A stretch of DNA of 64,000 bases from NCBI RefSeq assembly GCF_006345805.1, contig NW_021833026.1:496001-560000 (forward strand), in the 5' to 3' direction. Positions 12,905 to 23,799 of this stretch are shown in pieces. Position 1 is the first letter of the stretch. Every line of letters starts with the position of its first letter. The notes beneath the pieces are model-generated. The model searched no databases and was not told the origin of the DNA. It was given only the letters and a program-made list of their open reading frames with translations. This DNA comes from Octopus sinensis. Its lineage: Eukaryota. A program made the position numbers and the translations under genes.

Positions 12905-15175
12905 GGTTGATTGGTTACGCGAAATGTTGCTTCGAGTACTATGAACTTTTGTAATATTTGCAAAACTTTGAACAGTCGAAAACGCCGGATTTACTGTGGA
13001 ACTTGTTCAAACCCTTCCCACATGTCCTGTGCCAAAATGACCGAGAGAGCAATGTCTGCTATTTCCACCTGGAATTGTTCTTTATGCCTTGGCATAGACC
13101 GAAGCAATCCAGTATGTCGTCCGACCCTATTTCCATGCTGTAGCTCATATCGGAGAGGCCCAAATCTTGCAACATCCCTGTGAAGATCCTCAAGGCAGCA
13201 GCGGGCAATGCTATATCAACATGCATTGACGCTGCGATCTCTCTAAGGACGAACAGGAATGGATCCGTCTTCTGAACTTTGTCCCCTAAGCTCTCGGCTC
13301 CCCTATGAAATCTCATAAGGATACGACATCTTTAGCCACTCAAATGAAGAAAAACATTCACCTCCATCCTCGGACCTACGCGTCTGTCCCCACCCGGCCA
13401 AACAACCGCCTTTATTTTTTTCGGATGAAGATGTTTCTATCGGGATCCACTCTTTCGCTCCGTGCAGCTGCGAAGGAGCCGGACATCTGAAGGACCTAAT
13501 TTCCCACACCGTGGTACACGTCTGCTCAAATCAATTACTTGTCTGATAAATCAACTGCTCCAAGGAAATCTGCCGGATGCTATTCGCCACATACTCTTCT
13601 TAGTCAATCCTATCGTTTTCGGCAAAAAATGTGGAGGGATCCGCTCAATTGCTGTTGACTTTGTTTTACGTCGGCTTGCAGTCAAAATCGCATTCAAAAA
13701 AATTATCCCCTCCATCACTGCTAAGCTCTGCCCAGTCCAACTCGGGGTCGGCGTCTTTGGAGGATGCGAATCTGCAGTTCATGTTATCCGCACATTCTCA
13801 GATGCATGCAAGAAATCCCCATGTCCAAACATATTGATCAAACTGGACATCAGAAGTGTATTCAAAAGTATCCGTCGGGACCGAGTTTTGGAGGCTTGCT
13901 CTGAGCATTGTCCTTCATTATTTGGCCTAATTTTTCAATCATATGGCCAACCATCTTCCTTTATCCTCGGATCCGACGCTACGGGAGTTCAATATGGAGA
14001 CCCTTTGGGTGCATTCCTTTTCTGTCTTAGAATTTCTCAAGTGACTGGAATTGTATTTTCCTCACTAAATATCTGATATCTCGATGACGCCACTCTCGGG
14101 GCCCTTCGGACACCGTTCTGCGGAACATAATAAAAATTAATCCGGCTCTCGAGAAAGATAGCCTTAGTTTAAACTTCTCTAAATGCGAAATCTCTGACTT
14201 TGTGTGTTCGCAATCTACCTTCGAAGACGCTGTCTGGTCTTTTCGTGATATCATCCTGAGAGTGCAATCTACTCCCATTAACTAACTTTCTATCCTTAGA
14301 GGCCCGGTGGCTAACGATTCTATTGATGTGGCCCTACGCAATAAGGAATTCTTCCTCAAAACTGTTTTCAAACGTATTAAACAATTAAACTCACACTCAG
14401 CATTATTCCTTCTACGAAACAGCTTTGATATCCAAAACCTCATTATCTGCTACGCTCTTCTCCGTGTTTTGCTTTTCCCGAGAGGCTTTCCGCCATTGAC
14501 CATCCTATCCGTAATTGCACTCAAAACATGCAATTCTCCCTTCGATGATAGGGGTTGGAGAAGCCCTCCCAGTAGCCTTCGGTGGTCTCGGCATTTGCTC
14601 ATGTTTATCTTTCCCTACTTTTTTCTTGTTCCTCTCCGCTAGGCACACACTTGTCATAGAAATTCTACGCTCCTTTTCTGAATTTTTCTTAGACACAAAT
14701 GTAACTCACTTCAGCAAAGTCTGGAGAGAACAAGGCCTTGATTTACCGGAGAATTGAATGTCTCAACGAGCCTGGGATCTAATAGGATGCAAGCAAACTT
14801 TCAATCTGATTGGAATCTCCCTGCGCCTCGGACTAAGGCAATGTGTCCGGCACGCGGGTCGTTGTGCCTACTCTGTTGACTCTTTCGGTTTGCATCCTTT
14901 ATCGTGCAGGAGGAGTGTTGGACGATTTCCAGGGCACTCGTCAATGAATGACATCATACGGAGGGCTCTTGATTCGGCGAGATTTCCTTCGGTCCTCGAA
15001 CCACCAGGTCTCGACCGCGGTGACGGGAAACGTTCTAACGGAATGACCCTTTTTATTTTTAAGGTGGAAAAGCAGTCGTGTGGGACGCAACTGGCTTTTC
15101 TAGGTGTTCTCGATCGCTTTAGAGGGAAAACTGTTTGGCGATTTGTCAGGCCGTTGGCCCTCCCATCGGCTAAAA
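12905..15175 (+). mobile_element. Degenerate near-complete CRE-clade retrotransposon (PHD finger, RT, RLE) with frameshifts and deletions
   Basis: CNICK..CGTCSNPSHMSC..WNCSLC PHD; GGIRSIAV; VQLGVGVFGGCESAVH; LDIRSVF; GVQYGDPLG; YLDDATLG; HPLSCRRSVGRFPGHSSMND; PPGLDRGDGKRSNGMT. Confidence 0.9.
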
Positions 15176-15364
15176 AATTAAGTTTGGTAATTTTTAATGC
15201 TTCTGAATTTATTTTATCAATAATCAGAGTTTTTTTTCCTGTTTCACAAAAATCAATAGTTATTTTGAAATTTAAGCGCCGAACGCTTAAACTTCCCTAT
15301 CATTATTGTTATTTAAAATAAACTATTTTATTAATCTTTTAAAATTAATCTTGAAGATTAGTTT

Positions 15365-15480
15365 TGAAGGACGTCGGCCCCAATATCGCTCGGAGGAAAA
15401 TGGATGCACGCGAATCCTTCTGCCTGAAACAGAGGATCTCGTTTACGCGGCAATGCACAAGGTATCCGCTTGGCCGAGAT
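15365..15480 (+). mobile_element. CRE-clade 3' fragment
   Basis: DVGPNIARRKMDARESFCLKQRIS resembles the IGRxIxxRTxDxRExxWLxQRIS terminus. Confidence 0.6.
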
Positions 15481-16098
15481 CTAACCGTTCTCTGGCAATG
15501 GTCGGAGATCGGGCTTGTTTTTTTGGACTTTTTCTCTTTTTTAATTAAAAAACAAAATTAGTTTAATATTGTGCGGAAGAAAATACTCACTAAAAACCAC
15601 TGGACTATCATTTCCCGGAATCTGCATTTGGTTGGATTTACTACTCAATTAACAAACGAAATCTGAGATGCTCTAAAATATCCTTAGCTCTTCATATGGC
15701 CGTGGTGTTTAAAATTTGACCTTAATCCCCTGACATAGAAAAAACCAGAAATTATATGAGTAATAATTTTGTGGCATTTCTTTTTAATCGAAAATATAGT
15801 TCATACTAAGTAGGAGATAAGGTTATAATTTTCTTGAAGATTGCGATTGAAAACTTTGTAATAGATAGCTAATTGGTGTGTTTCCGGAATAATAATTGAT
15901 TTTTTAATAGTTATCAATTAATTGATTGATTTAGTTGTCAAATTCACGTCATTTTGTCAGGGTCAGCCTGTAACTTACTCGACGAAATTATCATAAAATC
16001 GAACTGTGGATGATTGTGACAATTTTAATTGAATAAATTAAGTAAATTCGACCACTTAAAAAGACAACTGTTTTAATTACAGAAATACAAGGGCATAT

Positions 16099-16415
16099 TT
16101 ACTGCATAGTAAATGTGTAATTCTTATCAAACAATTCTTTGATATAAACTGAAAATTGTTCAAATGTCGCAGAATGAATAAATTCATAATCAATCTCCAC
16201 AATGTCTGGATTCACTATAAGAGTTTCGAGGAATTTTTTAAATGAAAAATCTTTTAGCTTCTCATTTAGATAGTTATTCTTTTCTTGAAACGTCTATAAA
16301 TATAGTAAATATAATCTGATGCATTTTCGAGATGTTGTATTCTCATACGAATATTGGCTCGATATCTCTCGGCTGCAATTTTATTTTTCTCCTTATTCTT
16401 GTTGACCTTCGACAT
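16099..16415 (-). CDS. Small bZIP-like protein (about 95 aa), one 29-nt GC-AG intron
   Basis: MSKVNKNKEKNKIAAERYRANIRMRIQHLEN has a bZIP basic region (N-x2-AA-x2-YR). Removing 16322-16294 continues TFQEKNNYLNEKLKDF..FTMQ-TAA. Absent from the ORF track. Confidence 0.62.
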
Positions 16416-17301
16416 TCAAACACGAAACTGCGACAATAACACTGTTTTTATATTTGTCGCAAACGAAGAAAAATTGCGTACAATAAATGATAATAACTTG
16501 GTATGCGCCTTTCTTTTGATTTAATTTTTCTTCCTCGAAATGTTTCACAAGATTAAATGACTAACTACCTATGCAATTTACATTTTTTTTTGATTTTAAA
16601 ATTTTTTTTGTTTAGTTTGACCTGAAAAAAAGAGAATAAAATAGTTATCAATTTACATAATTTAAACTTTTTTTTCATTAGTCATTTTTATTTGCATTAA
16701 TATTTAGCTGTTTAAAACTTCGAATAAAGATATTAAATTGTTAAATCCAAATAAAAATTGTATGAATGGACTATTGAACTTTTCAACTGGCTATAAGGTC
16801 CAGTTACTTGGTGCTTTTATTAATGGTTGAGGGAATTCTAGATATAGCCAGAAAACACGAGGTCAACTCGACAATTAAATATCAGTCATCCATACAGTAT
16901 GGTAACAAAGTCAGAATAAATTATGAACTCGAACATTATTCAATCAATATAGATTTTATCATAAGAAATTTTCAATTTCTGATGGAATTTTCCATTATAT
17001 TTTCTTTGTTCTTACTCAGCCTGGACTAATTAAGCTTCTTATTTAAATCCTCCGTTCCCGCAACAGTCCCTCTATATGAATTTCCAACTCTGGAAACTGT
17101 CTTGAAGTAAAGATGAATTCGTTTTAACCCCTACGCCGATGTTTCAAAATCATAATTTTTTTTAAAAGACGAATTAAATTTAGGTCCTCCCAGTAAAAGC
17201 ATATAGAAAAACATATAATTATAGTTTTTAGTAAATCACACAAAAATAAGCAAAAAATGAAACGAAATAGAAAACCAAACAAAATGTAAAAACTTAGGAA
17301 A

Positions 17302-20300
17302 CTACAGATAAAACAATTTATCTGAGACTGCGGGATGAGTAGTGGGGGCTTTGGTGCCAGACAAAGACATTCCAGCCAAGTAGGCTAACTTATGAGCATA
17401 ACCACAGACAGATGGAATGCTAATAGACCCCTGAAAAAATATATATAGAGCATACAGTGAAATTATAATAGAGCCATGACAAGCGAAATGTCATTAGCTG
17501 AATATCATTAGGATTAATCCCATAATCATCGAATATCACATTGTAGTGGACGGGATTCACAGTACCCTCTCTCGGAGAATGCGATATAAGGTAAAAGTCA
17601 TACCTAAAAATATATGCAAAAAAAAACCAATTAGGCCTGGTCACTTTCGTATCAATAATAGTACCCGGGGGAGGATTATCATATCCATCACGAGTTTGCA
17701 TGTAAAATCGAGCAGAAATTCTCTTCTTTACAACAATAAAAGTGATGGTGGTTCTATTATGAACAGACTAAAATTACTTGGTATCCTCTGTGATTTTGAG
17801 AAAGTTCAATGCATCAGCTATTCCGCATCTAATTTGTTGGATTTCGTCCTCGTGCACGGTCTCTAATTGACCATCTCCAACCCCGTCACGGTAAACGAAA
17901 AGATGAGTCGGGAAAACATCATGATTGGCATAGTACCACTTAACACACGCCTCTGCCAATACATGCAATGAACATACCAAATACATTTGGCCTCATTTTT
18001 ATATGCAATTCAAATGATCTCAATTGATAACTTACCCTACTGTACATGCGCGTACAGACTCCATTCAAACTAGCCACAAATGCAGCCGCAGACTGATCTC
18101 GCCTCTTAGCATCGTGATAAGTATCTATGCCTATAAACATACTACTCTTCCGCAACTAAAATATTAAAAAACCAATATACCGAATTAGGGAACTTAGTAC
18201 CCCATGGCTGGCCTCCCATTTTTGCGACCATTTGCGGCAGGACTTTAACAACCAGAGTTGTAATGTCATCTTTCGAGAAATTGTGCCGCAAAAGGACTTG
18301 GGTAGGAACTAAAAAATAAAAAACGAAAATAACCAGGAGTTTGAATACAAGACTGTATCTTGATGGAATTATATCGAGCAGGGGCTTCGTTTGGAAGAAT
18401 GCAAACAATCAAACTAGAACTCTCTGCATAGTCCGCAATCGCATTACAATAATCCTGTGATGAATCTCCCGAAAGAGGTATACTAAACAAATGTGGTCTA
18501 AACACAAACATTGAGCCGTTGTCAAAATTGATTCCCATTTTGTATCCATTAGTACGGAAGGTAGACCACACATTATGAGCTATTCTCTCCATGGACGAGG
18601 GGCACAGGAGGCGAACACACTTTTCGGTGTCTGGTTTCACCAGCAATTGCTTTTTGAAAAGAAGACCCCCAAAAGCATTTCTTTCCATTTTTTCCTAAAC
18701 ACATGACCAACCCCAACAACTTCATCTTTCCAATCGTTGAAATATAACGGTGGATAATCAAGGCAACGACCCTCTATCTCCACTAAATCTCTGCCAAAGG
18801 CCAGCCCCAGCTTTCTTAATTCTGCGGCAGCTTCTTCATTATCTTCCATTCTTTGACGGAAATTCAAAAGCTGTTTCACTCTACTATTGGCATTGCCCTT
18901 GGTCAATTGCGAAGATTGTCGTCCGGCATTCAAATTCTCAAGCATCGATTTAGGTATGCCTGAGAATGAACAGATCAACACACACCTGTCAATCTACATA
19001 ATTCAGGGATCAAATAAATGGAATTTTTGAAATCCTTTCCACGCTTTGTATTTTTAACTTCAATCAAAGGCTGTGTTAAATTAGTAACGGTTGCAGTATA
19101 TTTCTGGGTGTAAATAAATAAACTCAAACCGTGACATAATCTTTGTAACTCACCATTTTATCACCAATATCAAACGTAGACAGCGGATTTTGAGTGAAAT
19201 CAACATTGATGATTTTATACGTCAGATTGTTATATCTTTATAATAACTAACAAAACTTTACGTTGTTCGAACAGTTCTGGTTTTCAAATTCTCAGTAATC
19301 CTCTCATTACTTAAGGATTTCTTCTGCATTGTAAGAATAACTTGCAATAGAGTATCCGTCTGTTCGAATTTGTAATGAATATCCAACAAATACAACAAAT
19401 TGTTTCCTTCGTAGTATGATATACTACTTCGGACGGACAACAAGGCATCGACACTTGAAATAACCCAGAAACAAACAGATTAGTGATAGATATTCTGGCG
19501 CTTGGATCGGTGTCAAAAAACGACCGGCCAAGCGGCTTCATCCCCATTTTGTAATAAACTTTCTTCATCAGTGTGTTAAGAGCCTGAATTGCGGGCAGCT
19601 CATTCGGACCAGATTGTATAGTTAAATTAATTTCGACATTATAAATCGTCCCTCTATGGTCACAAGCCTTCGATAAGTGCCTCTATTAACAAAATTACAA
19701 AAACGGGAAACAGCGACAAATATCGGAGAATAAATCGTGGCACCTCCGTCAAACACATACAAATCTTTAAACTCGGGGAAATTCGAACAAATTATCTCCC
19801 TCTTAGCTGCAGAAAGAAGGTTGTGCATTCCTGCCTGCTCGAGGGTGTTTAATTCCTCTTCTTTGAACTTGACGTCGTATAGATAAAGAGTCCAACTAAC
19901 ATTTCTATCCATAACTTCGAAAAAGTTGGATTTTAAGGAAACAACCCGACCGACATTGCCAACTGCCTCTAAGCATATATACATTCAAATAATACGGTTT
20001 GGCCTGTTGAAGACTGGTAGAATAAAATCACGCTTTAACCTCTCATCCCGACTAAGCGGCACAGCCTTCTTCAAACAATGATCATAATAGGCTTTCACCT
20101 CGTTCTCGCATGTTATTTCAGGCTTTAATTAAATATAATAATCAAACATGGGTATGGAGTTGAGACTCATCTACAGTAAATTCCACGTCATAATTAGAGT
20201 TTTGTGCCTGATCTGCAAATTGGTCGACTGGGCCACTACGGCCTCTCCCACCACCACGGCCTCCTCGTCCGCCTCGGTCATTACCACGACCTCCTTGGTC

Positions 20301-20843
20301 ATATCCTCCTCTGGATGGACGATCGAAACCTCCCCTGGGTGGACGGTCAAACCCTCCTCTACCGCCCCTTTCATATCCACCACGATCGTATCCTCCACGA
20401 CCGCCTCTTTCAGGTCTATTTTGAGACCGATCGTCCCTTCTTTCATAACCTCTGTCTTGTCTCTCATAATCGTCCCTTCTTTCATAACCTCTGTCTTGTC
20501 TCTCATAACGGTCTCTATCAGATTGCCTTTCCCCTCTATCATATCCCCTATTGCGAGAGTCGTATCCTTCTCGACCTTGCCAGCCTCTATTTCCGTCATC
20601 CCTTTCATGCCGTCCACCATAAGAATCATATCGGTCATTTCGGCCTCCGCGGTCTTCTCGTTGGCTCGGTCTCTCATCGTAATAACGGTCTCTGCTTCCA
20701 TAGTTGTCTTGTCTTGATTGGCTGTATCCAGATGGTCCTTCACGAGGTCTTCTACTACTTTGGTTCCATGGTTCGTCCTGTCTTCGTCCTCTTGAACTAT
20801 TATCACGTCCACGATCAGAATAGTTATGTCCACGACCTGACAT
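17302..20843 (-). CDS. PIWI: PIWI-clade Argonaute with long RG/RGG N-terminus, multi-exon
   Basis: N, PAZ, MID and PIWI motifs: KMGGQPWG, FIGIDTYHD, SFEL, YRDGVGDGQL, VVKKRISARF, NPPPGTIIDT, YDFYLISHS..GTVNPVHY, GYAHKLA, and the PIWI-type end DKLFYL-TAG. The D-E-D-H tetrad is present. Confidence 0.96.
20430..20507. repeat. Perfect 2 x 39-nt tandem duplication in the Piwi N-terminal exon (YERQDRGYERRDD twice)
   Basis: ATCGTCCCTTCTTTCATAACCTCTGTCTTGTCTCTCATA at 20430-20468 and 20469-20507. Confidence 0.95.
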
Positions 20844-21499
20844 AATTTTTCACTTGCACGCAACAACGTGTAATATCTATTGATTAATGGATAAACCACT
20901 TTAAATTGATAAATTTATAAACAGTTTAAATTATATTATAAATTTTGTTTTAATCACTTTTTATAAAATATAAAAATTTTCCATTAATTTGAAGAAATTG
21001 TTATTATTTTTAGTAATTAAACCATCCCATTATATAAATAATAATAATTACAGTATAGAGAAATAAATAAAAAAAATTATTTATTTGTAGGTCAATTATT
21101 TCAGAATGAATTTCTTATTTCGTTTGACCGATTTTAATCAATTAGGTAATGATAACACGATAATAATAAATCAATATCCGCTTTGAAATATCAGCTGAGT
21201 ATTAGTGCTTCTAAATTTGTGCGCTTATCTAGATTATTTCTTATTACAATATTTTTGTGGTAAATGCTATAACAATCCGACCACATTTTTATGCTTATTT
21301 CATTCAAAATGTGTTATGTATTATTGAACTGGGATGTGTTTTTAAAGGTTACATAATGTGTGTAATAAAGAGATTATGTGACATTAAAACATATTCAATT
21401 TCCTTTCATTTAAATTCGACCAACTTAGCATAAAAAATTGAATAGTTGCGAATTACGAAAAAGTCAAGACGACTTATTTATATTAATTAAAGTGAAATA

Positions 21500-22380
21500 A
21501 TATCTTATCCAGATAATATTAACTCCAACTTCCTCTTCTTTGCTTTCGTTCCGCCTCCTGCCAGATTCATTATCTGGAATATAGCGTCCGTGTGCTCAAC
21601 AAGTTCCATTGTTGTCTCGTGGTGGCTACTTTCTGCATTCAGTCGCTCATTGATTGTCACAACATTCATGCAATACTTTTTGAATTTGTGTTTCCGGCGT
21701 TGTTGTGAATTTGTGTTTCGGACACATGCTTTTTTAATCACGATCGTCTGGTCAATTAACTACTTTCTTTGCATATCCTTGAAAACTTGATGCTTTTCGG
21801 AATTGCGAATTGGTACTTTCTGGATGTGAATTTCTTAATATTGGCCATGTGTGTTTTCTTTTATCTGACAGCTTTTATGACCAATTTCTCCTTTAAAATA
21901 GGACGCTTTCATCTTACTGTCCTTGAAAACTTGGAGGCGCATTCACTTGCTTTTATGCAACACAAAGATAATTCTTTTCCTAGTTGGTCTCTTGGAAGAT
22001 AAAGTCTATTTTTGTTTCCAGGTTTCATGTGTATTTGGTGGCATATAAAGAGCTTATTCACATTCTTGTATATATTCTCAAATTCGCACTGTTCAAAATC
22101 AATGAGCTCGATGTAGTAGTTATACAACAACAATGAATGGTCATTGACTATGAATTACAATAATTTCATAATTCTCCAGCATTAATAGATTACGGTCCTT
22201 TGTTTGCAGTTCTTGGTTATTCATCATAACTTTCGGGTTCTACTGAGAGGGGTCCATTACAAATGCAAAGATTTGGGGTGACAAGGAATCAGTCTGGAGT
22301 ATGGCTCTTTTCAATTTGACTTCCTCGGTGACTTTCTGGTCAAGAGTTAGCTTAATTTTCTATTTGTGACATAGTTCTAT
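21500..22380 (-). mobile_element. Degenerate R4/Dong-like RLE retrotransposon fragment
   Basis: EVKLKRAILQTDSLSPQIFAFVMDP and NKNRLYLPRDQLGKEL, the same family type as 41215-42680. Confidence 0.72.
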
Positions 22381-22387
22381 AAAAAAT

Positions 22388-23100
22388 TTACAATCCAATG
22401 ACAAAGTCCAGAGTTTTTAAGGAGCTGATACAGAAAGTCGTGATTGACCGAATCAAACTCTTGACAACGACACCGTACTGAAAAGAGAAAAACTCCAAAC
22501 TTAAAGTTTGAACCACATTATAGGACGTTCTTTTGTCCGAGAGTCTCCTTAAGATGCGGCCGACAGCAATAGGCCTCACGCCGCCCTCAGCTTTCGTCAG
22601 GGTAATAAGGCCTGTAGAAAAAACAAGCTTTCTGGCAACGGTCGGAATTGCACCAGACACAATATACGAAGAAAGACGAGTGATGAAACATACCAAATCC
22701 CTTCCGGGTTTGTGAGTTAATAGAGACAAGAGATCAGAAAAATGGACGGGCTTCAAGCCGTTTATTCCATCGTCGCTGCTAGGCGCAAAAGATTCTAGAA
22801 CAACCGAGACCTAGGCGATGTGATCGGGATAGGCGGAACACAAATCTAACGACGATATTACGCGAAGGTCGGCAGTATCACATCGAGAGCCATTAAGGAG
22901 TTGAATAAAATTACGCACACAGCTTCAAAGATATTGCCTTTGAGAAGTTTGCTTTGAACTGCATGAGATAAACGCGTTTCCGAAGTCCATTGCGGTTAGA
23001 TAATGCCTCTTTACTAGACGTACGAAAGACAGACAGTCAATCAGAGTTGAACGTTGAATAATACAGGATGAACATGAATCTTTAATCCACTGAGCGGGAA
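22388..23100 (-). mobile_element. CRE-clade internal fragment (pre-RT and RT start)
   Basis: AVQSKLLKGNIFEA, DGINGLKPVH, EGGVRPIAVGRILRRLSDK, FQYGV. Confidence 0.85.
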
Positions 23101-23384
23101 AAACGTGTTTACTATCACGCTAGCAAATGGATATATAATTAAAACAATCATGAAAGAAAGAGAATAACTTAAATCAGGGGCCAAGAACGCTAGAAAACAG
23201 CATCTGGTCGATCAAGACTGAGAGGGATTTAGCCAGAAATCCTGTCCAAAATGATGAATTCGCTTTGGAAAGCTGATAGAAGTTTAAGAAATAACAAAGG
23301 AGTGGATGAATGTCAGTAATTAAGAGTGAACAGTTAGATAATTCGGATAAATTAGGAACAAGGCAAAATTTTGCAAAAAATGCT

Positions 23385-23760
23385 GGTAGAATTCCTCGCC
23401 ACATTCAACTTAACGACACTGTCAAAAATGCCCTAGAATCGGCAGGCTTCCCTTTCATTCCAGAGACATCTCAATCTCTGCCAGAGTGACGGAAAGCATC
23501 CCGATGGAATGACTACCTTTCTTTTTAGGGAAGGAAGTCCCTGGTTTGGACGTCATCTTTGTTGACTTGTTTTTTGCAACGATGTTATTAAAGACTTCAG
23601 CAACCCGGATTCCGCCAGTGATCAGGCTGAAGAGCCAAAGAGGACAAAATATGTTTTCATTTCGGACACTTTCAAATTTCTTCCTCTTGCCTTTAAAATT
23701 TCAGGAATAATCGGCAAGAATGCGATTAACTTCTTACAAGACAAGACAAGTTTTATTTCC
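23385..23760 (+). mobile_element. Degenerate CRE-clade RLE-domain fragment
   Basis: AGRIPRHIQLNDTVKNALESAGFP, degenerate DGKxPDGMT, FLPLAFKISGIIGKNAINFL. Confidence 0.78.
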
Positions 23761-23799
23761 CAACAAACCCATAAATTAATGTTAGGGAAAAAGCCAGGA

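Noticed and set aside
20148-20845. Antisense ORFs of 189 and 213 aa over the Piwi N-terminus
   Set aside because: Expected by-product of RGG/DR repeat codons; products are low-complexity mirror sequences.
22388-23760. Twin-priming 5' inversion of a single CRE insertion
   Set aside because: The two opposed fragments are not contiguous in element coordinates (more than 1 kb missing) and are separated by unrelated sequence.
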